Notes: a model not told the origin generated them from the sequence alone. A stretch of DNA of 56,580 nucleotides from an uncultured Candidatus Saccharimonas sp. (GCA_964466345.1 CAYXMZ010000001.1:1-56580), one strand, 5' to 3'. Numbered from the stretch's first letter, positions 26,896-37,525 are shown. Numbers and translations are program-made.

Positions 26896-29766
26896 ATGAA
26901 GTTCAAGTCAGGCACTCGTCGTAAACCAGTTGAATACGAAAAAGACCTTGTTGCATATTGGAAACAAAACGACACTTTTCATAAGTCAATCGACAATCGT
27001 TCAGCCGATAATCGTTTTGTTTTTTATGATGGGCCACCGTTTATTACTGGAACGCCTCATCATGGTACATTGCTTTCAAGTATTATCAAAGATGCTATTC
27101 CGCGTTATCAAACTATGAAAGGCAAACGCGTTGATCGCCGTTGGGGTTGGGATTGCCATGGATTACCGGCTGAGAATTTTGTTGAAAAAAAGCTTGGAAT
27201 TACAGATCGTCGCGACATCGGAACTAAAATAAATTTGGCTGATTATATTAATACAGCTCGCGAAAGTATGATTCAAACAGGTAATTTGTGGGAGGAAACT
27301 ATCGAGCGAGTAGGTCGTTGGGTTGATTTTACTGGTGCTTACAAAACGATGGACAAAGATTTTATGGAGTCGGTTTGGTGGGCATTTAAAACTTTGTACG
27401 ACAAAGGCAAAATATACGAAGGCGATCGTGTACTTTTGTACGATACCTCTTGGGCAACGCCACTATCAAAAAGTGAAGTATCTATGGACTCGGAGGCTTA
27501 TGTTGAAGTAACTGATCCAAGTTTGTATGTGAAGTTTAAAATAGTTGGCGAGGATAATTATTTGCTAGCTTGGACAACAACACCCTGGACTTTGCCGGCC
27601 AACACGGCACTAGCTATTAATAGTGAAATAAAATATTCACAAATTGAAGTTGGCGAACAAAAGTTAATTTTGGCTACAGATACTATTGAGCGAGTTATGG
27701 TTGACGAAAAAGGTCAAGCCCTTGAATACAAAATGATAAAAGATATTTCAGCTGATGAATTATTAAGCAAAACCTACGAACCGTTATTCGGTGATAGAGG
27801 AGAGAATGCTCACAAAATTTGGTCGGCAGATTTTGTTTCAACCGATTCTGGTACGGGCGTTGTTCACATTGCGCCGGCCTATGGTGAAGACGATTTTGCA
27901 TTAGCGAAAAAGAACAATATACCGGTGATTCATACGATTGACGACTATGGTATCTTCACAGAAACTGAATGGCAAGGTGACGAAATATGGCAAGCGAACA
28001 AAATAATTGCCAAGAAGTTATTAAGTCGTGGCGTTGCATGGAAAATTGAATATACTTTACATGAATATCCGCACAATCCACGTAACGGTAAACGGTTAAT
28101 TTACCGAGCTCATCCGAGTTGGTTTATGGATATTGACGAACAACGTAGCGAGATGATTGCTCAAAATGCTGAGATTTATTGGTTCCCGGAACATATAAAA
28201 CACGGACGATTTGAAAAAAATATAGAGCAGGCACCTGATTGGAACCTTAGTCGCGATCGATTTTGGGCGACAGCTATGCCAGTTTGGAAGGGCGTGGACA
28301 AAGACGGTCGAGAATACACAAAAGTAATTGGTAGTTATGCTGAGCTAAAAGAACTTAGTGGTGTGGAATTAGAGGATTATCATCGTCCTTGGGTTGATGA
28401 TATTACTTTTGAAATAGACGGAGTTAAATACCAGCGTATCGATAAAGTGCTTGATTGTTGGTTCGAATCGGGCAGTATGCCGTTTGCGCAATTTCATTAT
28501 CCATTTGAGAATGTTGAAAAATTTGAGCAAAATTTCCCAGGCGATTTCATCGTTGAATACGTGGGTCAAGTTCGCGCTTGGTTCTACTACGTACATGCTG
28601 TAGGTGTTGGTCTGTTCGGGCGTAATGCTTTTAAAAACGTCATAGTTACGGGTAATATAATGGGCGAAGATGGCCGTAAAATGAGCAAAAGCTACGGCAA
28701 CTTTACCGATCCGAACGAATTGATGGATATATATGGTGCTGATAGCTTGCGATTCTTGATGCTGTCGAGTCCTCTGACTAATGGTGAAGATTTTGTGCTA
28801 AAAGATAAAGAAGTCGGTGATGTCGCACGAAAACTATCGATGATTTGGAATATGTACGACTTTTTCACCATGTATGCCGAAGTTGACGGTTGGGAGTTTA
28901 ACGGTGAACTCAAAGACCCTTATGATACACTGCAAAACCCGTTGGATAAATGGATTGTTAGTCGCGTACATCAAGTAAACACAGAAGTTGATGAAGCGTT
29001 GGCTCGTTACGACATACCGGGTGCGACCGATCCTATCTTGCCGTTTATTGATGACGCAAGTAATTGGTATGTTCGTCGTAGTCGCCGTCGTTTTTGGAAA
29101 TCAGACAATGATTCGGATAAAAACAGTGCTTACCAGACCTTGCACTATGTCCTTTCGCAATTAGCGATAATAATGGCACCGTTTACGCCGTTTTTGTCTG
29201 AGGAGCTATACCAAAAGCTAGTTGGCGGTGAAAGTGTGCATTTGTTGGACTGGCCAACCCCAGCCAGTATAAATCACGAGATTATAGAGGAGATGTCAAC
29301 CGTGCGTGAATACGTCAACCAAGGTTTGAGTTTGCGTGCGCAAAACGGGCTCAAGGTTCGCCAGCCTTTAAATAGCGTGACGATTCCGAGCGCTGGTAAT
29401 TTGGTTGATTTTAACTCTATTTTAACTGAGGAATTAAACGTAAAATCAGTTCAGGTCGGTGGAGATTTTGGACTAGATATGAATATTACCACTGAATTAA
29501 AGAGCGAAGGGATTGCTAGAGAAGTAATTCGACATATTCAAAGCGCTCGCAAGAAAGCGGGCTTAAATGTTGATGACAGGATTGGATTATCTCTGATAAC
29601 AGATAATGCCGAAACACAAGAAGCTATAAAAACACATCAAGAAACTATAAAACACGAAACCTTAGCGGTGGAAATATTAGATTCAATTGTTGACGGATAT
29701 GAAGAAAGTGTAAAAATTGAGGAAGCAGAGCTAAAAATTGCCCTACGAAAGAAGAACGAAGTCTGA
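26896..29766 (+). CDS. ileS: isoleucyl-tRNA synthetase, type 2 (eukaryote/actinobacterial-like)
   Basis: YDGPPFITGTPHHGT (HIGH region of the type 2 form), WDCHGLP, KMSKS (GRKMSKSYGN), a CP1 editing domain, and a C-terminus without the type 1 zinc-binding domain. Confidence 0.95.
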   Translation: MKFKSGTRRKPVEYEKDLVAYWKQNDTFHKSIDNRSADNRFVFYDGPPFITGTPHHGTLLSSIIKDAIPRYQTMKGKRVDRRWGWDCHGLPAENFVEKKLGITDRRDIGTKINLADYINTARESMIQTGNLWEETIERVGRWVDFTGAYKTMDKDFMESVWWAFKTLYDKGKIYEGDRVLLYDTSWATPLSKSEVSMDSEAYVEVTDPSLYVKFKIVGEDNYLLAWTTTPWTLPANTALAINSEIKYSQIEVGEQKLILATDTIERVMVDEKGQALEYKMIKDISADELLSKTYEPLFGDRGENAHKIWSADFVSTDSGTGVVHIAPAYGEDDFALAKKNNIPVIHTIDDYGIFTETEWQGDEIWQANKIIAKKLLSRGVAWKIEYTLHEYPHNPRNGKRLIYRAHPSWFMDIDEQRSEMIAQNAEIYWFPEHIKHGRFEKNIEQAPDWNLSRDRFWATAMPVWKGVDKDGREYTKVIGSYAELKELSGVELEDYHRPWVDDITFEIDGVKYQRIDKVLDCWFESGSMPFAQFHYPFENVEKFEQNFPGDFIVEYVGQVRAWFYYVHAVGVGLFGRNAFKNVIVTGNIMGEDGRKMSKSYGNFTDPNELMDIYGADSLRFLMLSSPLTNGEDFVLKDKEVGDVARKLSMIWNMYDFFTMYAEVDGWEFNGELKDPYDTLQNPLDKWIVSRVHQVNTEVDEALARYDIPGATDPILPFIDDASNWYVRRSRRRFWKSDNDSDKNSAYQTLHYVLSQLAIIMAPFTPFLSEELYQKLVGGESVHLLDWPTPASINHEIIEEMSTVREYVNQGLSLRAQNGLKVRQPLNSVTIPSAGNLVDFNSILTEELNVKSVQVGGDFGLDMNITTELKSEGIAREVIRHIQSARKKAGLNVDDRIGLSLITDNAETQEAIKTHQETIKHETLAVEILDSIVDGYEESVKIEEAELKIALRKKNEV

Positions 29767-29769
29767 GGC

Positions 29770-29798
29770 TTGCAATTTGTAAGGTTTTATGTTACAAT
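29770..29798 (+). promoter_or_regulatory. putative promoter TTGCAA-17-(TGt)TACAAT
   Basis: TTGCAA at 29770-29775, TGt at 29790-29792 and TACAAT at 29793-29798. It is followed by an A-rich leader without a Shine-Dalgarno up to ATG 29827. Confidence 0.55.
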
Positions 29799-29826
29799 AT
29801 AAGAACGGTAATAAAAAAATAAAAAT

Positions 29827-30042
29827 ATGTCGATTTTAAATTATTTAAACCTACAACCAATAGATGACTCGTCAGATGACAGTTTGAACGGTCATAGTTA
29901 TAATGCCGATGAAGATATGGCTTTAGATCAACAAATCAGTGAAGTCGAACTAGACAATTACTGGGACAACGTAGTTGAGGATATCCATAGGGATCCAGAG
30001 TGGTTTAGTTTTGCTGATGAGAACGACGACTCGGCCAAATAA
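29827..30042 (+). CDS. small, extremely acidic protein of unknown function (71 aa)
   Basis: About 20 Asp/Glu against 2 Lys/Arg. It has its own promoter-like element. I recognise no family. Confidence 0.5.
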   Translation: MSILNYLNLQPIDDSSDDSLNGHSYNADEDMALDQQISEVELDNYWDNVVEDIHRDPEWFSFADENDDSAK

Positions 30043-30108
30043 CGCTTGTGGAAGCAACCTTTATCTGATATAATCGGCCACTGATAGTTTATTAAATAAA
30101 GGAAAAAC

Positions 30109-30417
30109 ATGAAGAAAGCAGTCATTAGGGTTGGCGGTAAACAGTATTTAGTCGCCGAGAAAGACAGTTTGCTGGTTGATTTACTGCCCGAAGGCACTAA
30201 ACAAATAGAGCCTGAGGTATTGATGATTATTGATGGCGAGGACGTTCAAGTTGGCAAGCCGGTTGTCGAAGGCGCAAAGGTTGTAGCCAAAGTTGTTGAA
30301 GATTTAGTTAAAGGTGAAAAAATACGAGTTATTCGCTATAAAGCAAAGAAACGCGTTCACAAAGAAACTGGTCACCGTCAGAAATATAGTCAGATTGAGA
30401 TAATCTCAATCAAATAA
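30109..30417 (+). CDS. rplU: 50S ribosomal protein L21
   Basis: MKKAVIRVGGKQYLVAEKDSL and RYKAKKRVHKETGHRQKYSQIEI are typical L21 sequences. Confidence 0.95.
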   Translation: MKKAVIRVGGKQYLVAEKDSLLVDLLPEGTKQIEPEVLMIIDGEDVQVGKPVVEGAKVVAKVVEDLVKGEKIRVIRYKAKKRVHKETGHRQKYSQIEIISIK

Positions 30418-30422
30418 AATCG

Positions 30423-30452
30423 AAAAACCCGTTCCTAAAAAGCGGGTTTTTT
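30423..30452 (+). terminator. intrinsic terminator after rplU
   Basis: AAAAACCCG (30423-30431), an 11-nt loop, then CGGGTTTTT (30443-30451) running into a T-tract. Confidence 0.65.
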
Positions 30453-30491
30453 GGTATATTGGTATATAAGAACTCGAGGGAAAAATATAAA

Positions 30492-31259
30492 GTGGCAGTT
30501 GTAATATCAGTAACAAACCAAAAAGGTGGGGTTGGTAAGACTACTACCGCTGTTAGTTTGGCGTATTATATTGCAAAAAGTAACAAAAAAACCCTTTTAA
30601 TAGACTTTGATCCTCAAGGAAACGCTACTAGCGGACTTGATATAGACAAGAAAAACCTTAAGGCCACTATGACTGACGTGATAATGGGGAACGCAAAGCT
30701 AAGCGATGTTATTTTGCCAACAGCATATAAAGGTTTTTTTGTGGCCCCAACGTTAGCTTATTTGGCTGATGCTGAAGTGAAGTTAGCCCAAGCGGATAAG
30801 CGTTTTTCGCGCTTGCGAGACGCTATTCAAGAAATAGATGCTAATTACGACGCAATTATAATTGACTGTCCACCGAGTCTTAGCTTATTGACGGTTAATG
30901 GACTAGTGGCGTCGAAATATATTATATTGCCAGTGCAAGCAGAGTTTTATGCTTTAGAAGGCCTTGGACAGTTGCTTGAGACGATGAAACTAGTACGTAA
31001 GGCGATGAACCCTACACTTGATTTGTTGGGTGTATTAACGACGATGATGGATAGTCGTACGACTTTGAGTAAGCAAGTTTATGAAGAAATTAAACGATAT
31101 TTTCCGGGCAAAGTATTCACGGCGACTATTCCGCGTAATATTCGTCTAGCAGAAGCACCGAGTCACGGATTGCCAATAGGGGCTTATGATAAATTTTCAA
31201 AAGGAGCGCGCGCTTATAAGGCGTTTTCAAAGGAGGTGATGAGTCGTGCCGGTATCTAA
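30492..31259 (+). CDS. parA: chromosome partitioning ATPase ParA/Soj
   Basis: Deviant Walker A (NQKGGVGKTTT) and IIDCPPSL. A GTG start at 30492 with an AGGGA ribosome-binding site fits the usual N-terminus better than the TTG at 30459. Confidence 0.9.
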   Translation: MAVVISVTNQKGGVGKTTTAVSLAYYIAKSNKKTLLIDFDPQGNATSGLDIDKKNLKATMTDVIMGNAKLSDVILPTAYKGFFVAPTLAYLADAEVKLAQADKRFSRLRDAIQEIDANYDAIIIDCPPSLSLLTVNGLVASKYIILPVQAEFYALEGLGQLLETMKLVRKAMNPTLDLLGVLTTMMDSRTTLSKQVYEEIKRYFPGKVFTATIPRNIRLAEAPSHGLPIGAYDKFSKGARAYKAFSKEVMSRAGI

Positions 31260-32142
31260 AAAACGAGGTTTGGGTAGGAGTTTTGAATCTTTAATTCCAA
31301 CCGATTTGTTAGATGAGTCTTTCGATCCGACAGCTTCACAGGATCAAAAAGTTAGCGAACTACGACAAGTTAAGATTAGCGAGATTAGTGCTAATCCTGA
31401 TCAGCCACGAAAAAACTTTGATAGCGAAGAGATGAAAAGCCTGACTGATTCAGTTATTGAATACGGCGTATTACAGCCTATCATTTTGTCTCCTTATAAG
31501 GGTGGCTATCGAATTGTAGCTGGTGAAAGGCGTTTTCATGCGGCTAAGGCCGCTGGACTCGATAAAATTCCAGCTTTAGTGCGAACTTTAGATAATCAAC
31601 GCAATTTGGAGGTTTCTTTGATAGAAAATATTCAAAGGCAAAACCTTAACGTTGTAGAAGTTGCAACAGCTTACTTAAAGCTTCAAACTCAATTCAATAT
31701 GACTACGGAACAAATTGCCAAGCGAGTTGGCGCGGGTGGAGTTAGCACGATAGCCAACAAAATCCGACTGCTAAAACTTCCGAAATTTGTTAAAGACTTA
31801 CTAGTTGAAGGAGTATTAACTGAGGGTCAAGTACGACCGTTAGCTGGTGTGGACGAAAAGATTTTACAAAAAGTTATACCACGTATAGTCAAAGAGCACT
31901 GGAGTGCTCGCAAGGTTGAACAGTTTACAGTAGATTTGAGTAAAAACATTCAAACAGCGGCAGTACTGGTTAGTCACCAGATTAAAGAACAGCCTTATAA
32001 AAAACAATTAAAAAGCTTTAAACAATATCTCAAAGCTGATGTAAGCATATCTACCACGACTCGCGGATCGGGGAGAATTACCATAAAGTTTAAAAACGAA
32101 GATGAATTTGAGCGATTACAAAAACTTTTGAGCTCTAATTAA
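31246..32142 (+). CDS. parB: chromosome partitioning protein ParB/Spo0J
   Basis: KRGLGRSFESLI, the ParB box (IVAGERRFHAAKAAG) and an HTH segment. It overlaps parA. Confidence 0.9.
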   Translation: MPVSKKRGLGRSFESLIPTDLLDESFDPTASQDQKVSELRQVKISEISANPDQPRKNFDSEEMKSLTDSVIEYGVLQPIILSPYKGGYRIVAGERRFHAAKAAGLDKIPALVRTLDNQRNLEVSLIENIQRQNLNVVEVATAYLKLQTQFNMTTEQIAKRVGAGGVSTIANKIRLLKLPKFVKDLLVEGVLTEGQVRPLAGVDEKILQKVIPRIVKEHWSARKVEQFTVDLSKNIQTAAVLVSHQIKEQPYKKQLKSFKQYLKADVSISTTTRGSGRITIKFKNEDEFERLQKLLSSN

Positions 32143-32738
32143 AATAATCGAATTTTGTTAAAAGGAAATATTCTAACACCAACTGGACCAATTACGTCAT
32201 ATAGAGGAATAGTGCCAAGTCCATTGCGTGAGTCATAAGAATAATTACCTTGTCTGTGATCTCCCGAGACGAAGATTTCATTTTCTGGTACAACGATGTC
32301 TGTCGCGCCACTTATAGGATGGCCTATAGATTGATTGTTTGCGTCTGGATTAAAACCGTTGGGACTGTTACTATTAAATACAGTAATTTTGCCATCTTTT
32401 AACACTACGCGCTCGCCGCCAAAAGCAATTACGCGCTTGACGATATATTCATCAATATTACTTCCAGCCACGTATTTTGGATTTTTGAAAACTATAATTT
32501 GTCCGCGCTCGGGTTTGTATGTTTTGCCTTGTAGATTGGCTATAGTTACGGGTAGGCGATTGATGATTATATGATCGTTTGTATAGAACGTTGTCTCCAT
32601 GCTAGGCCCGACCACATTGAAACTACGGAATATAAAGGCATTAAGGAGTAATGTCGTAACTGCTACGCAAACGACAAACAGCACAACACTTAATGCGTCT
32701 TTTATCCAGGTACGATAATTAAAAAACGTTTTATTCAT
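32139..32738 (-). CDS. lepB: signal peptidase I
   Basis: Catalytic Ser (GPSMETTF) and Lys (VKRVIAFGGERV) boxes, plus GDHRQGNYSYDSR. The start is set to ATG 32738, 7 nt downstream of a TATAGT (complement of 32746-32751). Confidence 0.88.
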   Translation of the reverse strand: MNKTFFNYRTWIKDALSVVLFVVCVAVTTLLLNAFIFRSFNVVGPSMETTFYTNDHIIINRLPVTIANLQGKTYKPERGQIIVFKNPKYVAGSNIDEYIVKRVIAFGGERVVLKDGKITVFNSNSPNGFNPDANNQSIGHPISGATDIVVPENEIFVSGDHRQGNYSYDSRNGLGTIPLYDVIGPVGVRIFPFNKIRLF

Positions 32739-32822
32739 ACCTTGTACTATACACTTTTTATGTATTTTTGGCGACAAAACTTCCAATGAAACGATAAATT
32801 ATGTATAGTGGTATGAGTATTT

Positions 32823-34436
32823 ATGAACAAACGTGTTTCTAATGTTGAAGGTTTTATTTCTAAACGGTCTGGTGAGAAAGGACGTAATCTTAGTGACCAA
32901 CAAGGTCGTAAACAACTAACCGAAATTGGCGGTCAAGTTGTAAAGACCGATTTAATTAAAGACAATCTTAAACAATCAGATATCGATGAATCTTTTAAAA
33001 ACATTGATGAGATAGCAGAACCTAAGAAAAAGTTAACACGGAGACAAAAACGTCTCGAGCGACGCAATCTGCGTATTAAAAAAACACACAAAAAACGTCG
33101 TATAGTAAAGTGGATTATACTTGGATTTGTAGTAATTATACTTGCTATAGCCGGTTTTTTTGGTTACAAACTATGGTCGGCTAGTCAGAGTAGTTTGACG
33201 GGCAATATATTAAATGTATTTTGTGGTCAAAAACTTAAAGAAGACGACAATGGACGCAGTAATTTCTTGATTTTTGGTACGAGTGAAGATGATCCTGGGC
33301 ACGAAGCGCCTAATCTGACGGATTCGATAATGGTTGTTAGTGTTGATCAGACGAATAAAGACATGATAATGTTTAGCATTCCGCGCGATTTAGAGGTTGA
33401 ATACGGCAGACCTTGTGTCAGCGGTTATAGAGGCAAAATAAATGCTTTTTATCAATGCGTAAACGAAGAGGAAACTCTTGAAGCTGAAAAAGAAAGGCTT
33501 GAAGAGATGCGCTTATTAGTAAGTGATATGCTGGATTTGGATGTTCAGTACTCTGTCCACGTTAATTACACAGTGCTTAAAGATGTAATTAATGCTATCG
33601 GTGGCACTATCCCTATCAATATTGAGAGCAGTGATCCAAGAGGCTATCTAGATAGTCAGTTGGATTATGTTTGTGGAGACAGCTATGATGATCGAATTAA
33701 AAACTGTCCACCGCGCGGTCATTATGTAGATTACCCTAATGGCATGGCTACGTTAAATGCCGATCAAGCATTGAATTTAGCGCGAGCTAGGGGAGATTCG
33801 GAGCCGACTTATGGGTTTGCCGACTCAAACTTTGAACGCGAAAAGAACCAACGTAAGATTTTGATGGCTATTCGAGAAAAGGCGTTTTCAAGTGGTACTT
33901 TAACTAATTTTTCTGCAATATCAAAATTAATAGATGCTTTGGGTGATAATTTGCGAACTAATATCGAAATAGGAGAAATAACTACTTTGGCGCATGTTTT
34001 TAGCGAATTAAATAATTCAAATATCAAAAGTTTAGATTTGCTTGGCGACCATATCTTAGCGGGTAGTGGCAACCCGTCTGCTGGGACATATAATTATATC
34101 GAATGGCAAGAATATTTGAAGGTAAAGTTATCAAGAAACCCTATAACTAGGGAAGGCGCATCGTTGGTGGTTCTTAATGGCACTAAGGAGGCTGGTTTAG
34201 CTGAAACCAAAGCTAGTGATCTAGAGGACTTAGGCTTTGTTGTGGCTGGAGTAGACAATGCACCAGAGGGGGAATATAAAACGGTAGAAATCTATCAATT
34301 AAGTTCAGAAAACACATTAGCTACTGCAAAAAAACTAAAAGAGCTTTACAGTGTTGACATTTCTACCGATAAGCCACCGGTGATTGTTGATAGTTCGGTC
34401 AAGTTTGTTGTTATCTTTGGGGGCATCGAGTCGTAA
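32823..34436 (+). CDS. LytR-CpsA-Psr (LCP) family glycopolymer ligase with C-terminal LytR_C-like domain
   Basis: N-terminal basic region plus a transmembrane segment. LCP core (LTDSIMVVSVD, IPRDL, RARGDS). Confidence 0.82.
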   Translation: MNKRVSNVEGFISKRSGEKGRNLSDQQGRKQLTEIGGQVVKTDLIKDNLKQSDIDESFKNIDEIAEPKKKLTRRQKRLERRNLRIKKTHKKRRIVKWIILGFVVIILAIAGFFGYKLWSASQSSLTGNILNVFCGQKLKEDDNGRSNFLIFGTSEDDPGHEAPNLTDSIMVVSVDQTNKDMIMFSIPRDLEVEYGRPCVSGYRGKINAFYQCVNEEETLEAEKERLEEMRLLVSDMLDLDVQYSVHVNYTVLKDVINAIGGTIPINIESSDPRGYLDSQLDYVCGDSYDDRIKNCPPRGHYVDYPNGMATLNADQALNLARARGDSEPTYGFADSNFEREKNQRKILMAIREKAFSSGTLTNFSAISKLIDALGDNLRTNIEIGEITTLAHVFSELNNSNIKSLDLLGDHILAGSGNPSAGTYNYIEWQEYLKVKLSRNPITREGASLVVLNGTKEAGLAETKASDLEDLGFVVAGVDNAPEGEYKTVEIYQLSSENTLATAKKLKELYSVDISTDKPPVIVDSSVKFVVIFGGIES

Positions 34437-34462
34437 GATTTGTGCTATACTATTTACTAGCT

Positions 34463-35266
34463 ATGGAGTTTTTGCGAAACATTAACAAAAAATCGCTTGC
34501 CAGCGAGGTCCTGTACGTAGTATTAAATGTTGGTTTGGCGATTGTGGCAATGGTGCTAGTACGAGTTACTGGTACGGTTTGGTTGGCTCTAGTTTTGATG
34601 TTATTAAGTCGTTGGCGAGTTTTTGCTGTAAGACCGCGATTCTGGTTGGCGAACATTCAGTCGGATTCAGTAAGTTTAATAATTAGCCTAAGCTTCGTTA
34701 TTTTCTTGTTTTTGGCTAACGGTAATCCTAGTAGTTTTCAAGTTTTACTAACGCAAATTGCGTTAGTAGTTCTATATACCATGTGGCTATTGTTACTGAG
34801 ACCTAAATCGAAACGTATGTATATTGTTATGCAAGCTGGCGTAGCTTTGTTCTGTGGAGTGACGGCGGTTTACGCTATTGCATACGCAGCTCCAGTATCA
34901 TTAACAGTGCTATTTATTTGGCTTATCGGAGTCTCAACCGGCCGACACGTACTTGGTAGTTATGACGAAGAGCCACACAGCGGTTTTTTAAATCTAGTTT
35001 TTGGTTTGGTAATCGCAGAATTAGGCTGGTTGGGCTACCACTGGGCTATCGCTTATAAGTTATACTTTATGGGTAATTTGATGCTGCCTCAGATGTCTAT
35101 AATTATAACTTTGGTCGGATTTTTGATGTATCGATGCTACAATTCCTATAGGCATCATCAAAAAATTCGTTTAAATGATATAATATTGCCGTTGATTTTT
35201 TCGATCGCTTTAACGCTTGTTTTATTACTATTCTTTAATAGTATTAGTGTAAGTTCGTTTAGCTAG
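34463..35266 (+). CDS. polytopic integral membrane protein of unknown function
   Basis: About 8 hydrophobic segments and no recognisable motif. ATG at 34463 lies 11 nt after (TGc)TATACT at 34446-34451. The track's GTG at 34442 lies upstream of that -10 box. Confidence 0.6.
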   Translation: MEFLRNINKKSLASEVLYVVLNVGLAIVAMVLVRVTGTVWLALVLMLLSRWRVFAVRPRFWLANIQSDSVSLIISLSFVIFLFLANGNPSSFQVLLTQIALVVLYTMWLLLLRPKSKRMYIVMQAGVALFCGVTAVYAIAYAAPVSLTVLFIWLIGVSTGRHVLGSYDEEPHSGFLNLVFGLVIAELGWLGYHWAIAYKLYFMGNLMLPQMSIIITLVGFLMYRCYNSYRHHQKIRLNDIILPLIFSIALTLVLLLFFNSISVSSFS

Positions 35267-36093
35267 GCTTTTTGTAGGATAACTACATAATCGATAGTTT
35301 TAATTAAAACGAACTGCTTTTTAAGTGAATATTGGTGTATTTGTTCGTGTTGAGCTGGATCGGCTTCTAATAACAAGTAACCGCTCGGAGCTATTTTAGT
35401 AGAAGCCTGGTCGATAAGTTTTTGGATAATTTCTAGACCTCCTTCGTCGGCAAAAAGTGCAATTTTGGGTTCGAAATTAGTTTCTGGTGAACGCATCCAG
35501 CTACTGTCGACATAAGGTAGATTAGCTATAATTAAATCTGGATTGGGTGGTAGATTTGTTAATAAATTTGACGATGTAATTTTAACATCGCTTTTTAATA
35601 ATTTAGCGTTGCGACGAGCAACTAACAACGCAGAATGGCTAATATCGCTTAGAGTCACGTTTAGATTCGGTAGTTCTAATTTGGCGGTAATTCCCAAAAT
35701 ACCACTACCTGTGCCTATGTCATATAAAACTTCGTGTTTGTTTAGTTTGACTATTTTTTTAAGCTCTTCAATAATTGTTTCTGAGGTTGGACGGGGAATT
35801 AATACGCTCGGCGTGACGATAAAATTGCGTCTATAAAATTCTTTTTGTCTTGTTAAATAAGCTATTGGTTGATGAGACAGTCTTTTTTCTAATAAAAGAT
35901 TAGCTTTTTTAACTTGAAAAATAGATAATGTTTTTTCGGGGTGAGCGTGTAGATATATGCGTGGGCGTTTTAGAATGTGAGCTAATATAACCTCGGTGTC
36001 TAAGCGCGGAGTTCCAATGGTTGCTTTCTTAAGCCGATTAGTGGCGCAATCGAGCCAAAACTTAATCGTCGGTCTTGGTGAGGCTGAGTTCAT
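35263..36093 (-). CDS. prmC: release-factor glutamine N5-methyltransferase PrmC/HemK
   Basis: SAM motif ([12 protein letters not shown]) and the NPPY-type motif as IIANLPYV. The start is uncertain (ATG 36093 or 36117), and either overlaps the 3' end of prfA. Confidence 0.85.
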   Translation of the reverse strand: MNSASPRPTIKFWLDCATNRLKKATIGTPRLDTEVILAHILKRPRIYLHAHPEKTLSIFQVKKANLLLEKRLSHQPIAYLTRQKEFYRRNFIVTPSVLIPRPTSETIIEELKKIVKLNKHEVLYDIGTGSGILGITAKLELPNLNVTLSDISHSALLVARRNAKLLKSDVKITSSNLLTNLPPNPDLIIANLPYVDSSWMRSPETNFEPKIALFADEGGLEIIQKLIDQASTKIAPSGYLLLEADPAQHEQIHQYSLKKQFVLIKTIDYVVILQKA

Positions 36094-37135
36094 ATTCGTA
36101 ACTTTGTAAGCGTTCAATTAAATCGTCGATATTGCCATTCATTGCACTTGCTATATTGCTTCGTGAATAGCTGATGCGATGATCTGTAATTCGGTCTTGA
36201 GGAAAGTTGTAGGTACGGATTTTTTCCGACCGATCACCGGAACCTATTAAGCTACGTCTTTTGGCGTCCTGGGTAGCTTGCTCAGCTTCTATTTTTTGTT
36301 GTAATAGACGACTACGGAGTACTCCCATGGCTTTTTCTTTGTTCTTGATTTGTGATTTTTCATCTTGGTTGATTACAACCATACCAGTTGGCAGGTGAGT
36401 AATGCGAACTGCTGAGTCTGTGGTATTAACGCTTTGACCGCCATGTCCACCAGAACGAAAGACGTCAACTTTTATGTCGCTTGGATCAATTTTAATGTCG
36501 GTTTCTTCGGCCTCTGGTAGAACGGCTACGGTGGCGGTGCTAGTGTGTATTCGTCCAGCTGATTCAGTTACAGGTACGCGTTGCACGCGGTGGACGCCTG
36601 ATTCAAATTTGAGCTTTGCGTAAGGGGAACTGCCTTTAACTGCGAAAACTACCTCTTTTAATCCGCCGCTATCGTTGACACTTTCGCTTATAATCTCTGT
36701 TTTAAAACGATGTATTTCACACCAGCGTAGATACATTCTATATAAATCGCTAGCGAACAAACTCGCCTCGTCGCCGCCAGCACCGGCTCGTATCTCTACT
36801 ATGATATTTTTTTTATCATTAGGATCAGTGGGCGATAGAATGTCGGCTAAATCGCGTTCGATTTGAGCTAACTGTTTATTCAAATCTTCTATGTCTTGTT
36901 GAGTGATTTCGTATAAATCACTATCGCCGGATTCAACAATAGCTTGATCGTCAAGAAGTTGTTGTTCGAGTTTTTGGCGTAAAGAAGTTTTTTCTAAAAT
37001 AGATTCAACCTCTGTTAAACGCTTGGTTTTATCTGCGAAAGTAGGATCGGCGTATGCCGAAGGATTTGCTAAAAACTCGGTTATTTCAGCACGTTCAGTT
37101 TGTAATTTTGTTTGATCAACTTGTATTCTATTCAT
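36062..37135 (-). CDS. prfA: peptide chain release factor 1
   Basis: PxT tripeptide (RVPVTES) and the GGQ motif ([23 protein letters not shown]). Confidence 0.96.
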   Translation of the reverse strand: MNRIQVDQTKLQTERAEITEFLANPSAYADPTFADKTKRLTEVESILEKTSLRQKLEQQLLDDQAIVESGDSDLYEITQQDIEDLNKQLAQIERDLADILSPTDPNDKKNIIVEIRAGAGGDEASLFASDLYRMYLRWCEIHRFKTEIISESVNDSGGLKEVVFAVKGSSPYAKLKFESGVHRVQRVPVTESAGRIHTSTATVAVLPEAEETDIKIDPSDIKVDVFRSGGHGGQSVNTTDSAVRITHLPTGMVVINQDEKSQIKNKEKAMGVLRSRLLQQKIEAEQATQDAKRRSLIGSGDRSEKIRTYNFPQDRITDHRISYSRSNIASAMNGNIDDLIERLQSYEYELSLTKTDD

Positions 37136-37198
37136 ACTTAACTCATTGTAGCAAAAAAGACCGCCTTTTCTAAGTAGACGATCTTTTTTTAGGACAAA

Positions 37199-37525
37199 CT
37201 ATTTGCTTGAAGTTTGACGTGATGCTTTTCGGGCATTCTGTTTTTTAGCTTTTTGAGCTAATTGTTTTTGGCGTGCAGCTGCGGTAGCTGAACGAGCCTT
37301 AAACTTATCGACGCGACCCTCAATGTCGATGATTTTTTCCTCACCAGTAAAGAAGGGGTGTGAGGCTGAAGAAATATGCACTCTGATAAGAGGATATTCC
37401 TGTCCGTCGGTCCACTTTATGGTTTCGGTTGAATTAGCTGTTGAACGTGTTAAAAATTGAAAATCAGCAGCTTCATCGCTAAAAACGACCATACGATAAT
37501 CGGTTGGGTGAATACTATTTTTCAT
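37199..37525 (-). CDS. rpmE: 50S ribosomal protein L31, type B (no CxxC), with a basic C-terminal extension
   Basis: [15 protein letters not shown]...[10 protein letters not shown] matches L31 type B. About 35 extra Lys/Arg/Ala-rich residues follow. ATG at 37525 lies 9 nt after (TGc)TATAAT (complement of 37535-37543). Confidence 0.88.
   Translation of the reverse strand: MKNSIHPTDYRMVVFSDEAADFQFLTRSTANSTETIKWTDGQEYPLIRVHISSASHPFFTGEEKIIDIEGRVDKFKARSATAAARQKQLAQKAKKQNARKASRQTSSK

Noticed and set aside
30452-30467. A tandem 8-mer TGGTATAT x2 directly after the rplU terminator and upstream of parA.
   Set aside because: There are only two copies. They are most simply read as two overlapping extended -10 candidates (TGgTATATT and TGgTATATA) for parAB, not as a repeat element or a CRISPR-like structure.
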